DNA of 64,000 nt from Candidatus Woesearchaeota archaeon (GTDB lineage: Archaea; Nanobdellota; Nanobdellia; Woesearchaeales; ARS49): assembly GCA_016203395.1 (NCBI GenBank), contig JACQMV010000035.1:415-64414 (forward strand), given 5' to 3'. How positions within the stretch are numbered: the stretch's first letter is position 1; every line of letters begins with the position of its first letter. Below the pieces are notes generated by a model. It did not search any database. It worked only from the letters and a program-made list of their open reading frames with translations, and had not been told where the DNA came from. This document shows positions 63,398 to 64,000 of this stretch, in pieces. Both the position numbers and the translations under genes were made by a program.

Positions 63398-64000
63398 TCA
63401 ATGACTCAAGATTTCAAGTTTTATCCCATTTCTAACAGTTAGTTTTGCCCTTCCTCCTACTGGAAATGTTATCATCGGACTTGTATGACCAAAATCAACA
63501 TCAGCGATAACAGGAATATGCTTAAGCGCAGGATTACTCTTAATAATTTTAGTCAGCTTTTCCTTTGTCATCTCACTGGCTTTCTGAAACCTGCCTATCA
63601 CGATGGCTTTAACCTGCCTGAACTCCGGATGCTGAGATAAGCCAGTTATACTCCTATCTATATGCTGCGACTTGTCTTCTTCATCATCCTCAATAAAAAG
63701 TATGGAATCCCTAAGAGACGGCATGTACGGAGTGCCTTGCAACAACCTCAACGTGCCCATGTTACCACCTATTATCGTGCCTTCTGCTTCACCCTCCTGA
63801 ATTACATACATCCCAGAATTTCTTACGAAAACACGATTTTCCTGATCTTTATACCATGAATCATCACTCCATTCAAGCCCTGGAATTATTTTTATCAGAG
63901 CATCTGAAAAAAGGCACTTCATAAAGTAAGTCATTGTGTAATCAAAGCCCTTCTGCATCCCAAACGTAGAGAACGCAGGAGAAGAATAAGTAACAAGACC
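63398..64000 (-). CDS. LD-carboxypeptidase-like (peptidase S66 / MccF-like) C-terminal part; the gene continues beyond the window end
   Basis: GTIIGGNMGTLRLLQGTPYMPSLRDSILFIEDDEE fits the S66 C-terminal domain (GGN...L..L.GT.Y.P...G.ILF.ED.E). The reading frame stays open upstream of the tracked ATG to position 64000 (...GLVTYSSPAFSTFG). Confidence 0.5.
   Translation of the reverse strand, partial: GLVTYSSPAFSTFGMQKGFDYTMTYFMKCLFSDALIKIIPGLEWSDDSWYKDQENRVFVRNSGMYVIQEGEAEGTIIGGNMGTLRLLQGTPYMPSLRDSILFIEDDEEDKSQHIDRSITGLSQHPEFRQVKAIVIGRFQKASEMTKEKLTKIIKSNPALKHIPVIADVDFGHTSPMITFPVGGRAKLTVRNGIKLEILSH

Overview
This 64 kb window is a compact, AT-rich archaeal chromosomal segment. Supporting marks: an archaeal-type uS15/S13e, an archaeal NMN adenylyltransferase, split transketolase subunits, an N-terminal fragment of the tRNA methyltransferase Trm1, Lrp/AsnC regulators, and five AbrB-PhoU paralogs. 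The lineage is possibly DPANN-like. I call about 60 CDS, many joined by 1-8 nt ATGA-type overlaps that imply operons. I found no rRNA, tRNA or CRISPR.

Main blocks:
1. An XPD helicase next to Trm1.
2. Small secreted proteins: a Kazal-like inhibitor, a cysteine-rich lipoprotein and a large secreted lipoprotein.
3. A sugar-phosphate module that looks bacterial in type: PfkB kinase, class II fructose-bisphosphate aldolase, RpiB and Rpe. A PFK-A kinase and the split transketolase lie elsewhere in the window.
4. An NAD-metabolism supercluster: a class I methyltransferase, PncB, a PncA-like hydrolase, Nudix, NadA, NadK and an NPPY methyltransferase on one strand; NadE and NadM nearby.
5. A co-transcribed module led by NadM: Ser/Thr kinase, vWA protein, an unknown protein and a pyruvate-kinase-like barrel.
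6. A dispersed intergenic repeat family of about 250-300 nt, with at least five full and three partial copies. Copies occur in both orientations, carry TTGCAA palindromes, and often sit just 3' of AbrB-PhoU genes.

Two candidate novel systems stand out:
(a) A seven-gene minus-strand operon (13611-26043). It encodes one canonical and two divergent GHKL/Hsp90-like ATPase paralogs (the divergent ones are 900 and 928 aa). It also encodes an orphan ClpX/HslU-like AAA+ unfoldase, a coiled-coil protein and two unknown proteins. I could match it to no known system.
(b) A ubiquitin-like conjugation cluster (54656-60378). It encodes an E1-like protein with tandem ThiF domains, the N-terminal one degenerate and the C-terminal one canonical. 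Its JAB/MPN metalloprotease ends in ...VRLNGG-V. A coiled-coil protein and several unknown proteins complete it.

All functional calls rest on motifs read by eye. None has been checked by alignment or database search.
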